64,000 nucleotides of DNA, taken from a virus. Under the pieces are notes generated by a model. It saw nothing but the letters and a program-made list of their open reading frames with translations, did not search any database and was not told the origin of the DNA. The position numbers and the translations under genes are program-made. Shown here one piece after another: positions 62,989 to 64,000 of this stretch (positions are counted from its first letter, which is position 1; the number at the start of each line of letters is the position of its first letter). The stretch is from IMG/VR virus record IMGVR_UViG_3300030397_000812, positions 286-64,285 of that record; one strand, 5' to 3'.

Positions 62989-63734
62989 AAGTCTTCAATG
63001 TTTTGAATTGATTCTCCAATTTCTGTCTTGTCAACAACATTCTTATAGTCGTTGACGTGATCCGCGTTTTCATGAGAAAATCTATTTCCGGTTAGTATCC
63101 CGTCGATATTTTCCTTTCGAACCATATAAACAAGGTCTCCATTTATATAGTGGGCGTAATTCGTGTTGGGCTCCCGAAAAACCAAACTTCCGATCGGGTA
63201 CCTTATTGAATCATCCGACTCTCTAATCCTTGCGATTCGAATATCGGGATCTGGGTTCATTTCGAAGATAATGCCCGAAGGAGACTTTCGAACTTTCTGA
63301 CCATCCTCTTCTTCCCAGCCAAAACCATAGAATGGCTCGCAGATCACCCAGTCTGGATGAATTGTGATTACATGGTATGGATTCTCGCCCTTAGGTATTG
63401 ATAAAGATGTCCCTCCGCAGAAAATGAAACCAATGGATAAAAAATACAATCTATTGTTTGTTCCTTCTTCCAGAACGTAGTCAGACTCTTCTAGAGCTTT
63501 ATAGTCGAAAAACACTGTCTCACAATTCCTTAGCCTGTCTCTGAATTCAGTCAGATTGGCGTCCACGATGTCTGGAACCCCTACGATTTCAGCCTCGGTC
63601 TTAATGTGGTGCCCGGGATTATAGCTAGGATCGAATTCTAGTGAGAACTCTGAGGTTTTTGACTTCAAGTTCGTGTTGTAGAACTGGTTGTCCTTTAGCT
63701 TGACTATTACAGTATTATGTCCTGGGGTTATCAT
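62985..63734 (-). CDS. Tandem GroES-like-fold protein
   Basis: Two halves: PGHNTVIV...AEIVGVP and PDWVICEP...KSPSGII. Confidence 0.55.
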   Translation of the reverse strand: MITPGHNTVIVKLKDNQFYNTNLKSKTSEFSLEFDPSYNPGHHIKTEAEIVGVPDIVDANLTEFRDRLRNCETVFFDYKALEESDYVLEEGTNNRLYFLSIGFIFCGGTSLSIPKGENPYHVITIHPDWVICEPFYGFGWEEEDGQKVRKSPSGIIFEMNPDPDIRIARIRESDDSIRYPIGSLVFREPNTNYAHYINGDLVYMVRKENIDGILTGNRFSHENADHVNDYKNVVDKTEIGESIQNIEDL

Positions 63735-63970
63735 TGAACGCTAAGTAATATGAATACCAGAACAATTGCAAGGAAAATTCCTAATTTTTCTGCCGCAACT
63801 AACTTTTCCTCGTGTGTCATCTCACAGTACCATTTGGTCCTTGAGCGAAATTCACCTGGGTGACCGGTCCCCTGTTGATTTTTCCGGCGCAACCCCCTTT
63901 CGGGCAGGGAATGTTGTTTCTTTCGGCTATTGTGGATCTTACGTCCCCTTCGAATTCGCATGTATCGCAA
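63731..63970 (-). CDS. Hypothetical ORF with C-terminal TM (start uncertain)
   Basis: Only the last ~29 aa (MTHEEK...ILLSVQ) look convincingly coding. Confidence 0.35.
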   Translation of the reverse strand: MRYMRIRRGRKIHNSRKKQHSLPERGLRRKNQQGTGHPGEFRSRTKWYCEMTHEEKLVAAEKLGIFLAIVLVFILLSVQ

Positions 63971-64000
63971 CTTCCTGTATATGTTGGCATATTTTATTGG

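Overview
A 64-kb piece of a Bacteroidota-infecting dsDNA phage genome; no host genes are visible. The host assignment rests on repeated TAnnTTTG -7 promoter boxes, A-rich translation starts without Shine-Dalgarno sequences and an IntDOT-type recombinase. There are two convergent arms. The + strand (1-24971) carries short early hypotheticals interspersed with structured non-coding RNA candidates, then a replication/recombination block: Nudix, SNF2 helicase, DnaA-domain-IV protein, tyrosine recombinase, exonuclease, SSB, primase-helicase and RuvC. The - strand (24968-64000) carries a crAss-like podovirus virion module: intein-containing terminase, portal, acidic scaffold-like protein, major capsid protein, fibres, tail rings, muzzle and ejection proteins. 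It also carries lysis genes and an accessory cluster of dNMP kinase, GroES, Tad2-like protein and Pnk-type phosphatase. No DNA polymerase or virion RNA polymerase is present in the window. The most unusual signals are: (1) three tRNA-derived RNAs with intact acceptor/D/T arms but a destroyed anticodon arm, one displaying two identical 8-nt-loop hairpins; (2) a 16-aa C-terminal peptide shared by four otherwise unrelated early proteins; (3) a chromosomal-type parS palindrome with no ParAB genes; (4) several large structured ncRNA candidates; (5) fragment-fused early genes linked by an identical 103-bp cassette. All annotation was by eye; no database searches or folding programs were run.
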